A stretch of 64,000 bases of DNA from Candidatus Fermentithermobacillus carboniphilus (GTDB taxonomy: Bacteria; Bacillota; Sulfobacillia; Fermentithermobacillales; Fermentithermobacillaceae). Positions 46,448 through 55,955 of the stretch are shown here, piece by piece (within the stretch, counting starts at the first letter, position 1; every line of letters starts with the position of its first letter). The notes beneath the pieces were generated by a model. It searched no databases, was not told the DNA's origin, and worked only from the letters and a program-made list of their open reading frames with translations. The position numbers were made by a program, and so were the translations under genes. The stretch spans positions 1,918,517 through 1,982,516 of the forward strand of contig CP062796.1 of the NCBI GenBank assembly GCA_018208355.1. The letters run 5' to 3'.

Positions 46448-47473
46448 ATGAGCGTCTTGTCGAAAGACATGCCGTGTGCTTCCCGAGACTTCCTGGAACC
46501 GAATTTCCTTGCCGTAAAACACCTGCGGAAGACTTTCTTGGATAAGAAGCGCAAAGTGGAAGCCATCAAGGACATCTCCTTCTCGGTGGGCAAAGGGGAA
46601 ATGGTGGGGCTTTTGGGGCCCAACGGAGCAGGGAAGACCACAACCATCAAATGCATCCTCGGCCTCGTGAAACCCGATTCCGGGGACATAACGGTGTCGG
46701 GGATAGATTGCCGCAGAAATCCCAGAGAGGCTTCAAAGAACATGGCCGCAGTGCTCGAAGGCGCGAGGAATGTATATTGGCGGCTGACTGTATGGGAGAA
46801 CATCATCTTCTTTGCGGGGATACACGGGGTGTCTGTAGTCAAAGGTAAGGAATACTTCGAATATCTCCTCGAGGAGCTTAAACTGAAAGATAAGCGCGAT
46901 ACCGAAGTCAGAAACCTTTCAAGCGGATATAAGCAAAAGACGGCGGTTGCCTGCGCCCTTGCTAAAATGACGCCTCTTGTGTTCCTGGATGAGCCGACGC
47001 TGGGACTTGACGTTGAGTCTTCCTACGAACTTAGAGAGGCACTCAAGAGGCTTCAATCCGAAGAAAAGAGGACCATAATCGTTTCCAGCCACGACATGCG
47101 CGTCATCCAGGATGTCTGCAGCCGCGTCATCATCGTCTCTGGCGGCAAGGTAGTGGTGGACGCCGGCGTCGAGGAACTTCTATCTCTCTTCAGGACGAGG
47201 AGCTACAGGATAGTCCTTTCGCGGAACGGAAATGGTACATCGCTCGAAGAAATCAGGCGCAAAATGACGCAAGTATTCCCACAAGCCGGGATGACCGAAA
47301 CCCGGGACACCGTAGAAATCAAAGTTGACCTCAAGAACGCTTTTGAGATCTACGAACTCGTCGATACACTGAGGGATTTAAGAGCTGCCATCGAGACAAT
47401 TTCACAGGAAGAAGTGGACCTTGAGCGGGCATTTTTGGAGATCGTTCGGAGGGAGAATGAAATATGTGGCTAG
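46448..47473 (+). CDS. ABC transporter ATP-binding protein (ABC-2/DrrA-like exporter ATPase)
   Basis: Walker A GPNGAGKTT, signature LSSGYKQK, Walker B VFLDEPTLGLD and a C-terminal DrrA-like extension. Confidence 0.85.
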   Translation: MSVLSKDMPCASRDFLEPNFLAVKHLRKTFLDKKRKVEAIKDISFSVGKGEMVGLLGPNGAGKTTTIKCILGLVKPDSGDITVSGIDCRRNPREASKNMAAVLEGARNVYWRLTVWENIIFFAGIHGVSVVKGKEYFEYLLEELKLKDKRDTEVRNLSSGYKQKTAVACALAKMTPLVFLDEPTLGLDVESSYELREALKRLQSEEKRTIIVSSHDMRVIQDVCSRVIIVSGGKVVVDAGVEELLSLFRTRSYRIVLSRNGNGTSLEEIRRKMTQVFPQAGMTETRDTVEIKVDLKNAFEIYELVDTLRDLRAAIETISQEEVDLERAFLEIVRRENEICG

Positions 47474-48237
47474 TTGCGCTGAAATCTTCTTGGAGACAGA
47501 GTTTTCAACTTATGACGCGATACATGTTCAACATGGTCTCGGGACTCGTGACGATGTATATTATCTTTCTCATGCTCTTCTTCGGGGTCAAAGCGGTCGG
47601 CGGCAGCGCTCTCAATCTTGGGGATACGCTTGAAGGCCTTTTTACCGGTTACGTGGTGTGGATGATCGTCATTATAGGATACCAGGACCTTGCCTACGGC
47701 GTCACCAACGAGGCGCAAACCGGAACTCTCGAACAACTGTATCTATCTCCCGTGGGTTACAGGTGGTTAGCATTTTTCACACAGCTGTTTAACTCACTGA
47801 TATATTTGACCGAAATCACCGTAATGGTGGTCATCATGATGCTCACGACCGGAAAGTGGCTCCACCTCGACCTCGTCAGCGTGTTTCCGCTGTTTGCGGC
47901 AGTCTATGCTCAGGCTTTGGGTCTTGGTTTTGCCCTTGCGGGTCTTGCCCTGGTTTACAAGAGAATCCAGGCCTTCTTCCAGATCGTCACCTTTGGGGTA
48001 ATAGGATTCTTTTTCATCCCCTGGGACAGGTTTCCCTGGGCCAAGTACCTGCCTTTTGCCATGGGAAGGTATCTTCTTGAAAAAGTCATGGCAGGTGGTC
48101 TGAGGCTGTGGCAGCTCGACGGGTCAGATATCCTCGTGCTTCTCATTTCCACCGGCATGTATCTGGGGCTGGGCATTTTAGCGTTTTCCGCGGGAGAGAG
48201 CCGCGCCAAGGCCAAAGGATTCCTGGGACAGTACTGA
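47464..48237 (+). CDS. ABC-2 family transporter permease
   Basis: 6-TM ABC-2 permease. Its start overlaps the ATPase stop. Confidence 0.7.
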   Translation: MWLVALKSSWRQSFQLMTRYMFNMVSGLVTMYIIFLMLFFGVKAVGGSALNLGDTLEGLFTGYVVWMIVIIGYQDLAYGVTNEAQTGTLEQLYLSPVGYRWLAFFTQLFNSLIYLTEITVMVVIMMLTTGKWLHLDLVSVFPLFAAVYAQALGLGFALAGLALVYKRIQAFFQIVTFGVIGFFFIPWDRFPWAKYLPFAMGRYLLEKVMAGGLRLWQLDGSDILVLLISTGMYLGLGILAFSAGESRAKAKGFLGQY

Positions 48238-48243
48238 CATCCT

Positions 48244-48774
48244 TCAAGTGCCAGAGGTCGAGTCGTCTTCTCCGGTGCCTTTACGGATGCGGGCCTTTTC
48301 CGGTCGGCCGCTGCGGCCCGACGACCGTCTGAGCCTCTCTTCCAATCGCCTTAGAGGGATAAGGACCGCCAGTATTATGACCGTGGAGGCTACAGCGTAG
48401 CCGTAAAGCTTCATGCCGGAGGCGAGGCCCAGGGCCGAGACCGCCCAGAGACTTGCGGCAGTCGTGAGCCCACGCACGCGTAACCCGCTCCTCAATATGG
48501 TTCCGGCTCCCAAAAAGCCGATGCCTGACACCACCTGGGCGGCGATCCTTCCCGGGTCGGCGACATTACCGAACCTGCTATAAACCTCGACCGACACCAA
48601 CATCACCAGGGCCGATCCCACTGCCACCAGTATGTGTGTGCGAAAACCTGCCGGCCTTTCTATGCTCTCCCTTTCCATGCCGATAATCCCTCCCAGCACC
48701 GCGGCAACCGTGAGAGGGAGAAGGACCGAAGTCACCTGAGATAAAAACCCCATGAGTTCCATCTCCGGAAACAT
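48244..48774 (-). CDS. mgtC: MgtC/SapB family membrane protein
   Basis: MgtC signature N-terminal membrane domain (GGIIGMERESIERPAGFRTHILVAVGSAL...GIGFLGAGTILR). Confidence 0.8.
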   Translation of the reverse strand: MFPEMELMGFLSQVTSVLLPLTVAAVLGGIIGMERESIERPAGFRTHILVAVGSALVMLVSVEVYSRFGNVADPGRIAAQVVSGIGFLGAGTILRSGLRVRGLTTAASLWAVSALGLASGMKLYGYAVASTVIILAVLIPLRRLEERLRRSSGRSGRPEKARIRKGTGEDDSTSGT

Positions 48775-48980
48775 TGTTTCCGTCCTGGAGGAACTTTAAA
48801 GGTCCTTCATGAACTTATCTTCTACCGGGGACAAACGCGCCGAATTTACCCGAAGCGGCCCATGGAAGCCGGGCCCGGTCTAGGCGGAGTACTTAGTAGC
48901 TATTGGCAGGGGTCGATCAGCCCTTGAGGGCCAGGCTTCGTGCAGCGTTCTGGCTGACCGTGTAATTTTCTGGGAGGAGA

Positions 48981-49982
48981 TTGGACATGAAAAGAAAGGC
49001 CAGACCACTTCATGCAGGAGATGTTGTCGCAATCGTCGCACCGTCCGGCGCGGTGCACAGGGAGTCTCTTTCCAGGGGGATAAAGATCCTCGAGTCCTGG
49101 GGATTCCGCGTGAAGGTAGGTTCTTCGGTCTTCAACCGCTACGGATATCTGGCGGGCACTGACGAGGAGCGGGCCCGAGATTTCATGACGGCGTGGGAAG
49201 ACCAGGAAGTTAAAGGGGTCATAGCTGCCAGAGGCGGTTACGGAGCCATGCGGATCCTGCCCTACCTGGACTTTGATATGATCAGGAAAAACCCCAAGAT
49301 CCTCCTGGGCTTTTCAGACATAACCGCGCTTCACCTCGCCCTCTGGAAAGAAACCGGCCTCGTGACTTTTCACGGGCCCGTGGCCGAAGTCGGAGAGGAA
49401 GGATTTTTGAGGTACAACGAGAGGATCCTGCGGGACGTCCTTTTGGGGACCTGGCCTCCCGGACACCTGTCTCTTCCTCATGAGAACGGTGGAGAGGCAA
49501 CTGCAAACGACGTCCAACGTGACACACGAGATCCGGATTCACGGGAACAAGGGCTGCGGGTCCTTGAACCGGGTGAAGCTACAGGGGAACTCGTAGGAGG
49601 AAATCTTTCTCTGATCGCATCGACGATCGGGACTCGCTGGGAACTGGATACCCGGGGAAAAATCCTCTTTCTCGAAGATGTCGGGGAAAAGCCGTATCGC
49701 GTTGACAGGATGCTCTGCCAGTTGAAGCTCGCGGGAAAACTGGACGATGCAGCCGGTTTCTGTCTCGGAGATTTTACGGACTGCGAGCCAGACCCGGGAA
49801 GACCCTCTTTCCAGGTGGAAGAGGTACTGGCGCAGTACTTTAGAGGATGCGGGAAACCGTGTATCGCGGGCCTTCCCGCAGGCCACGGCGAACTGAGGGC
49901 GACTTTACCTCTTGGCGTTTTGGTGAGGATCACCACTTCGCCTCCTTCTATAGAATTCCTTGAAAGAGCTCTTGAAAAATGA
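48981..49982 (+). CDS. ldcA: LD-carboxypeptidase (muramoyltetrapeptide carboxypeptidase, S66 family)
   Basis: Ser-nucleophile block (ILLGFSDITALHLAL), GDVVAIVAPSG N-terminus and the catalytic Glu/His region (ILFLEDVGEKPYRVDRML...GHG). Confidence 0.8.
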   Translation: MDMKRKARPLHAGDVVAIVAPSGAVHRESLSRGIKILESWGFRVKVGSSVFNRYGYLAGTDEERARDFMTAWEDQEVKGVIAARGGYGAMRILPYLDFDMIRKNPKILLGFSDITALHLALWKETGLVTFHGPVAEVGEEGFLRYNERILRDVLLGTWPPGHLSLPHENGGEATANDVQRDTRDPDSREQGLRVLEPGEATGELVGGNLSLIASTIGTRWELDTRGKILFLEDVGEKPYRVDRMLCQLKLAGKLDDAAGFCLGDFTDCEPDPGRPSFQVEEVLAQYFRGCGKPCIAGLPAGHGELRATLPLGVLVRITTSPPSIEFLERALEK

Positions 49983-50150
49983 ACGTATGGGACCCCTGAG
50001 AGGATTGAACGGTCCCTGTTCTGTGAGCTTTGAACTATTCTTCGGATTAGAACGGGACGTAGAACTACAGGCCCGATGAAGGAGAACTGGTTCTCGTATC
50101 GAAGTTAACCCTGTTACCGTCGATTAAACTTTAATCCACGGAGAGGAGGA

Positions 50151-51314
50151 TTGTCTTTGTTAGCGATCAAGAATGGCAAAATATTTACTGTCACGGGGCC
50201 CGTTATCGAGAAGGGCACGATACTTGTGGAAAACGGTAAAATCGTCGAGGTCGGCGAAAATGTCTCTGTCCCGGCCGGCGCGGAGGTAGTGGATGCCTCG
50301 GGAAAACTTATCTTCCCGGGCTTTATCGATGCCCACTGCCATCTTGGGATGTGGGAAACCGCCATCGGTTTTGAGGGAGATGACGGAAATGAAATGACCG
50401 ACCCTGTAACGCCCCACTTGAGAGCCATAGACGGTTTCAATCCCCTGGATGATACCGTGAGAGAGGCGAGGGAAGGTGGAGTCACCGCCTGCGCGACAGG
50501 GCCGGGAAGCGCCAACGTGATCGGGGGTACTTTCATGGCCATAAAGACCGTGGGAGACCGCGTCGACGATATGGTCATCAAAGACCCTGTAGCGATGAAA
50601 ATCGCTTTCGGAGAGAACCCCAAGAGAGTCTACAACTCCAAGAACAAGATGCCGATGACCCGGATGGGTACGGCTGCCCTCCTGAGGGAGGCCCTCTCGA
50701 AGGCGAAGAGGTATAAGGAGCAAATCGAGAGAGCGGGCGACGACCTCTCTAAGTTCCCGGCTTTCGATGCCAAACTTGAGGCACTTCTTCCCGTCTTGCG
50801 GGGCGAGATTCCTCTGAAAGCCCACGCCCACCGGGCCGATGACATTTTCACCGCTCTCAGGATCGCCAAAGAGTTTGGGGTCAAGATTACCCTGGATCAT
50901 TGCACCGAAGGGCACCTCATAGCCGGGCACATCGCCAAAGAAGGCGTACCGGCCATTGTCGGTCCCTCTTTCGGCCACAAGACCAAGTTTGAGCTCAAGA
51001 ACAAGACTTTCGAGACTCCGGGCATCCTGGCACGGGCCGGTATCAAAGTTGCCATAACCACCGACTCGCCGGTAGTGCCCCTTGAAACGCTGCCTCTCAT
51101 GGCGGGGTTTGCCGTAAAATCCGGCATGGACCCGGAGGCGGCGCTCAAGGCCATTACCATAAATCCTGCCGAGATCATAGGTATCCAGGATAGGGTCGGT
51201 AGCCTTGAACCGGGAAAGGACGCGGACATTGCCATCTTCGAGGGGCATCCCTTTGAAATCGCGTCCAAAGCTTGGATGGTGCTGATCGACGGAAAAGTGG
51301 TGTTCAAGAGATAA
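50151..51314 (+). CDS. Amidohydrolase-family protein (metal-dependent hydrolase, COG1228/COG1574-like)
   Basis: GFIDAHCHLGMWE metal-binding HxH motif and a C-terminal amidohydrolase block (TTDSPVVP...DADIAIFEGHPFE). Confidence 0.75.
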   Translation: MSLLAIKNGKIFTVTGPVIEKGTILVENGKIVEVGENVSVPAGAEVVDASGKLIFPGFIDAHCHLGMWETAIGFEGDDGNEMTDPVTPHLRAIDGFNPLDDTVREAREGGVTACATGPGSANVIGGTFMAIKTVGDRVDDMVIKDPVAMKIAFGENPKRVYNSKNKMPMTRMGTAALLREALSKAKRYKEQIERAGDDLSKFPAFDAKLEALLPVLRGEIPLKAHAHRADDIFTALRIAKEFGVKITLDHCTEGHLIAGHIAKEGVPAIVGPSFGHKTKFELKNKTFETPGILARAGIKVAITTDSPVVPLETLPLMAGFAVKSGMDPEAALKAITINPAEIIGIQDRVGSLEPGKDADIAIFEGHPFEIASKAWMVLIDGKVVFKR

Positions 51315-51613
51315 CGGGTAAGTAACGTCTAGAGGCAGTTTCCTGTGAATTAGGCAAAACACGGGTGCTGGCGATTCAAGTTGCCACATATCGCGCGAAC
51401 TACGTGACTGCGGAAGGACGTTAGGAGGGTGGGCTCGAAGAAATCCAGGGCTCGCCCTCCTCACGTATAGAAGTCATTGTACAAAGGTCTTAATTCTGTT
51501 GGTCGCGACAAAGACTCCTGAAGGAAAGAGTCGGGCATGAGTTGGAGCGTCGTCAAAATGCAGCGTTAGGGTCATTGCCGGAGGTGATTCCCGTGTATGT
51601 AATTCTGGCGGGG

Positions 51614-52801
51614 ATGATGTATACCCCGTTCCTCTCCAGGCGTGATGCATGGGTCCTGGTAAATGAGGACTCGGGGTTGATAGAGGACGTAGGCCAGGGG
51701 CCGTGTCCCGTAGAGGGTGTTCCGGTGATCGACGCCGGGGATGCCATCCTTTGCCCTGGATTCATCGATATCCATGTCCACGCCGGCGGAGGGGCCGACC
51801 CTCTATCGGAAGCGTTGAAGGGCGGAGATGTTGCAGAAGCTCTTCTCAAAATGGGGAAGTATGAGGCAACTTCAGGCGTGACTTCCTTCCTGCCTACGAC
51901 CGGAGCTTTGCCCGACGAGGTTCACCTCAGGTTGCTGGGCGCCATACACGATTTGGTGAAAAGATCGCCTCTTTCAGAAACGCGCCAAAGAGGCGCCCTG
52001 ATCTTAGGCGTCAACCTCGAAGGGCCTTTTATCTCTAGAAAAAGAAAAGGCGCTCAGCCGGAAGAGTTCATACAACCTCCTCGCCTTGAAAAGGCGAGGC
52101 GACTTTTGGAGGCATATCCGGGAGTGGCCAGGATCATGACCGTGGCTCCCGAACTCGAGGGTGCAATACCGGTAATCGAATACCTCGTCAGTAATGGCAT
52201 CGTGGCCTGTCTGGGCCACTCAGATGCCTCATACCGTGAAGCTGTTGTCGGGATTGAAGCGGGGATTTCCCACGTGGCCCACGTTTTTTCCGGAATGCGC
52301 GGGTTCCACCACAGGGACCCGGGTGCTCTCGGAGCGGTACTCCTCGATGATAGGGTAACGTGTGAACTCATCATGGATAATGTGCATGTCAGCCCCGAAG
52401 CTGCCAAGATCCTGATCAGGCTGAAAGGAGCCGACAAGATCTGTCTCATCACCGACGCCATCGCGGCCGCGGGGCTCCCTGACGGATACTATGAGCTGTA
52501 CGGCAGGCAGGTGAAAGTGGAGTCGGGGCGGGCCACCCTCCCTGACGGTACCCTGGCGGGTAGTACCCTTACGCTGGCTGAGGCAGTCAAAAATATGGTT
52601 AATCTGGTTGAAGTCCCTGTGAGTGAAGCCCTGAGGATGGCGACTTATAATCCCGCAAGAGTGGTCGGGATTTCCGATCGCAAGGGAAGCATACGCAGGG
52701 GTATGGATGCCGACCTGACTTTGCTTGATGAGGATTTTTCAGTCAGGGCTACGGTGGTTGGTGGCAGAGTGGTTTACCGGAAGGAGGGCAAAGTTGGATG
52801 A
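51614..52801 (+). CDS. nagA: N-acetylglucosamine-6-phosphate deacetylase NagA (start uncertain; the track ORF begins at 51542)
   Basis: NagA motifs GFIDIHVHAGGGAD, the nucleophile-loop GHSDASY, HVFSGM and ITDAIAAAGLPDGYYEL. Confidence 0.75.
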   Translation: MMYTPFLSRRDAWVLVNEDSGLIEDVGQGPCPVEGVPVIDAGDAILCPGFIDIHVHAGGGADPLSEALKGGDVAEALLKMGKYEATSGVTSFLPTTGALPDEVHLRLLGAIHDLVKRSPLSETRQRGALILGVNLEGPFISRKRKGAQPEEFIQPPRLEKARRLLEAYPGVARIMTVAPELEGAIPVIEYLVSNGIVACLGHSDASYREAVVGIEAGISHVAHVFSGMRGFHHRDPGALGAVLLDDRVTCELIMDNVHVSPEAAKILIRLKGADKICLITDAIAAAGLPDGYYELYGRQVKVESGRATLPDGTLAGSTLTLAEAVKNMVNLVEVPVSEALRMATYNPARVVGISDRKGSIRRGMDADLTLLDEDFSVRATVVGGRVVYRKEGKVG

Positions 52802-52937
52802 CGACCGCCTGGGCAGAGTTCCTCCAGAGATTCAGTTCGCCGGCTCTTGACCGAACGCGTTTTTAGCCGGAGGAAAGCGAGGACGCGTTGCAGAATGGAA
52901 TCTAAATGGTCTCCATACGGCAGTTTGTTCTATCACC

Positions 52938-53930
52938 ATGCTGGCTAAATGTTATCCAGGTGAGGTGATCTCGGTGAGTTTCAAGGCAACGCTGGAAGTC
53001 TTCTCTTTTCTGGACAGCGCCAAAGTGAACGGTGAGAGCGTTGCGGACATGCTGCGTTCTCAAGGTGTGAAAGATGTAACGGTAAGGCAAGTCCACGGCG
53101 AGCGGGGCCACACAGATTTCATCAAGGCAGTCATCCCGGGGAGCAGGGGCAAGAAAAACGGTGGTACCGCCCCGACTCTCGGCGTCATAGGCCGCCTTGG
53201 AGGGATAGGGGCGAGACCCGAGAGGATAGGCCTTGTATCTGACGGTGACGGGGCGGTGGCCGCGCTGGCAGTGGCATTGAAACTCGGCAGGATGGCGGAA
53301 AATGGAGACGTTCTTCCTGGAGATGTCATCGTCGCCACTCACATATGTCCTCAAGCGCCCACCATCCCGCACGAACCGGTCCCTTTCATGGGTTCACCCG
53401 TGGACATGGCGATCATGAACCGCTTCGAGGTAGACCCGGACATGGACGCGATCCTGTCCATCGATACGACCAAAGGTAACCGCATCATCAACACCCGGGG
53501 ATTTGCGATTTCGCCCACGGTCAAAGAAGGATACATCCTGCGGGTTTCTGAAGACCTCCTCGAAATCATGAGCATCACCACCGGCAAGTTGCCGGTCACT
53601 TTTCCCATCACGATGCAGGACATAACCCCTTACGGCAACGGGATATACCACCTCAACAGCATACTTCAGCCTGCCACGGCGACTTCTGCTCCCTGTGTAG
53701 GTGTGGCTATCACCGCCGAGACTCCCGTGCCCGGCTGCGCCACCGGGGCAAGTCACGTGACTGATATCGAAGAGGTTGTGCGGTTTGTCATCGAGGTGGC
53801 TAAGTCCTTTACTTCCGGGAAATGCGCTTTCTACGATCCGGATGAATTCCGAAGGCTGGTCGATCTTTATGGACCCATGACCCACCTTCAGACGCTTGGG
53901 AAATCTAAAGGGGAGGCGTCTTTCCGATGA
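52938..53930 (+). CDS. DUF1177-domain protein
   Basis: Good length and composition match to DUF1177 (~330 aa, VIVATHICPQAPTIPHEPVPFMGSPVDMAIMNRFEVDPDMDAILSIDTTKGNRIINTRGFAISP). Translationally coupled (ATGA) to an AroM-family gene, its usual partner. Confidence 0.55.
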   Translation: MLAKCYPGEVISVSFKATLEVFSFLDSAKVNGESVADMLRSQGVKDVTVRQVHGERGHTDFIKAVIPGSRGKKNGGTAPTLGVIGRLGGIGARPERIGLVSDGDGAVAALAVALKLGRMAENGDVLPGDVIVATHICPQAPTIPHEPVPFMGSPVDMAIMNRFEVDPDMDAILSIDTTKGNRIINTRGFAISPTVKEGYILRVSEDLLEIMSITTGKLPVTFPITMQDITPYGNGIYHLNSILQPATATSAPCVGVAITAETPVPGCATGASHVTDIEEVVRFVIEVAKSFTSGKCAFYDPDEFRRLVDLYGPMTHLQTLGKSKGEASFR

Positions 53931-54598
53931 AGCGGGTTATCGGAACCGTGACCATAGGTCAATCTCCGAGGGTGGATCTTATCCCGGAGATGAAAGCGAT
54001 CCTGGGTCCCGATGTAGAGATCATTGAAGGGGGAGCTCTGGATGGACTTTCCCTGGAGGAAGTGAAACGCTATTATCCGGGACCCGACGATTACGTCCTC
54101 GTAACCCGCATGGCTGACGGTACGGAAGTAAAAATCGCCAAGCGTCACATCATCGGTCGGATGCAGGCCCAAATCGATAGGCTGGTCCGAGAAGGAGCGG
54201 AAGTTATCGCGCTGGTATGCACGGGCGAATTCCCGCCTTTTAAGTGCGACAGGCTCATCGTCGAACCCCAAAAAGTGCTCTACGGCGTGACACGGGCCCT
54301 CGCACTCGAACTGAAACTGGGGGTTGTAATTCCAGACCAATCACAGGTTCCGGCTGCATATAGAAAGTGGTCCGGAGCGGCCAGAGAGGTGAGGGTGGAA
54401 GCGGCTTCGCCATATAGTTCCGGGGACGATATCGTCCGGGCTTCAAAAGCGCTCCGCGAATGGGGGGCTCAGGTGGTAGTCATGGACTGCATCGGTTACA
54501 CCCTCGGCAATAAGGCGGTTGTAAAAGAGATTGTGGGCGGACCGGTCATCCTGGCCCGCTCAGTCGTTGCGAGAGTGTTGTCTGAGCTCGTTTCATAG
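53927..54598 (+). CDS. AroM-family protein
   Basis: MKRVIGTVTIGQSPRVDLIPEM...ALVCTGEFPPF...VVVMDCIGYT matches the AroM (PF07302) pattern. Confidence 0.6.
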   Translation: MKRVIGTVTIGQSPRVDLIPEMKAILGPDVEIIEGGALDGLSLEEVKRYYPGPDDYVLVTRMADGTEVKIAKRHIIGRMQAQIDRLVREGAEVIALVCTGEFPPFKCDRLIVEPQKVLYGVTRALALELKLGVVIPDQSQVPAAYRKWSGAAREVRVEAASPYSSGDDIVRASKALREWGAQVVVMDCIGYTLGNKAVVKEIVGGPVILARSVVARVLSELVS

Positions 54599-54610
54599 GG
54601 GGCTGGAGCA

Positions 54611-55861
54611 ATGAAGATAACCGGTGATTTGGGAAGATCACGGGAACAGGCGCAAGTACAAGAAAAAAACTCAACATGGCTTCGGGACCGGTCTGTAGCC
54701 ACCAGGTGCGTGCACTCGGGTAGTTTGCCTCTCCCGTCAAAGACGCGTCCTAAAGTCATGCCCATATTTTCCACTTCGGTATTTTCCTTCGATTACCTTG
54801 ACCAGATCGATGAGGTGTACGAAGGGAAGATCCCCGGTTACGTATATTCAAGGATGCGCAATCCTGGGATAGAGGCTCTGGAGGAAGCGGTGGCGTCTCT
54901 CGAGAACACACCTGGGGCCGTGGCTTTCTCGTCGGGGATGGCGGCCATAACTCTGTCGGTGTTATCGGAGGTGTCAAAAGGCGACCACGTCGTCGCGGCC
55001 AAAGTTCTTTACGGCGGGACTTACACCTTTTTCAAGGATGAGCTCCCGAAACGGGGCGTCGAGACCACTTTTGTTGACATAAACGATCTCGACGCTGTCA
55101 AGAGCGCCATGAAGCCGAACACCAAGATACTCTACTGCGAGACCATCTCCAATCCCTTGATGGAGGTTTCAGACCTTGAACGCCTGGCCGAGATTGCCCA
55201 TTCGACCGGGGCCAGGTTGTTCGTGGACAACACTTTCGCCTCACCGATATTATGCAGGCCTTTTGAATACGGGGCGGACCTCGTCATTCACAGCGGGACG
55301 AAGTATTTGAACGGACATAGCGATGTGACCGCAGGGATAGTGTGTGGCGGCAAGGACCTTGTGGCGGGAATCAGGAGCTTAGCCACAATGTACGGCCCCG
55401 TCCTATCGCCTTTTGATGCCTGGCTCCTTTTAAGGGGACTCCGTACTCTGCATCTCCGGATGCAGCGACACTCAGAGAACGCCCAAAAACTGGCGGAGTT
55501 TCTGAAAAATCACCCGAAGGTGACTTGTGTCCACTACCCGGGTCTCGAGTCATCGCCCTACCATTCTCTTGCCAGGAAATACCTTAAGAAAGGTTACGGC
55601 GGGATGTTGAGTTTTGAAGTGATTGGCGGTATCCAAGGGGCGCGGAGAGTTATAGATTCGCTTAAGATGGTGGAACTAGTGCCCAGCCTGGCGGGTATCT
55701 CAACAACAGTATCCCACCCAGGCAAAACCTCTCATAGGGCCGTCCCTCTGAACGAACGGGAAGCCTTCGGGGTGGGCGATGGTCTCATCCGCGTTTCCGT
55801 CGGGGTCGAGGAGTACGGTGACATAGAGGAAGACTTCCGTCAGGCGCTGGCTGCCATCTAA
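54611..55861 (+). CDS. Cys/Met-metabolism PLP-dependent enzyme (methionine gamma-lyase/cystathionine gamma-synthase family)
   Basis: Typical family blocks: YSRMRNPGIEALEEAVASLE, the PLP-lysine region (HSGTKYLNGHSD) and the C-terminal SLAGISTTVSHP. Confidence 0.8.
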   Translation: MKITGDLGRSREQAQVQEKNSTWLRDRSVATRCVHSGSLPLPSKTRPKVMPIFSTSVFSFDYLDQIDEVYEGKIPGYVYSRMRNPGIEALEEAVASLENTPGAVAFSSGMAAITLSVLSEVSKGDHVVAAKVLYGGTYTFFKDELPKRGVETTFVDINDLDAVKSAMKPNTKILYCETISNPLMEVSDLERLAEIAHSTGARLFVDNTFASPILCRPFEYGADLVIHSGTKYLNGHSDVTAGIVCGGKDLVAGIRSLATMYGPVLSPFDAWLLLRGLRTLHLRMQRHSENAQKLAEFLKNHPKVTCVHYPGLESSPYHSLARKYLKKGYGGMLSFEVIGGIQGARRVIDSLKMVELVPSLAGISTTVSHPGKTSHRAVPLNEREAFGVGDGLIRVSVGVEEYGDIEEDFRQALAAI

Positions 55862-55955
55862 TGCCCGGCGAGCCTCTCTTTTCCCGCAAAGAAGGTCTAT
55901 AATGATTATTATAAGGTGCTCTTGTCGGGTTTTCTCCGGGAGGGTACCTTGATGT

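Noticed and set aside
50160-51464. 434-aa minus-strand ORF antisense to the amidohydrolase gene, and similar long antisense ORFs (7274-8041, 12118-12648, 30371-31075, 37012-37518, 43673-44446)
   Set aside because: Each lies opposite a gene with unambiguous family motifs. The translations are Arg/Gly/Pro-rich with no recognisable domains. This is typical of shadow ORFs in GC-rich DNA.
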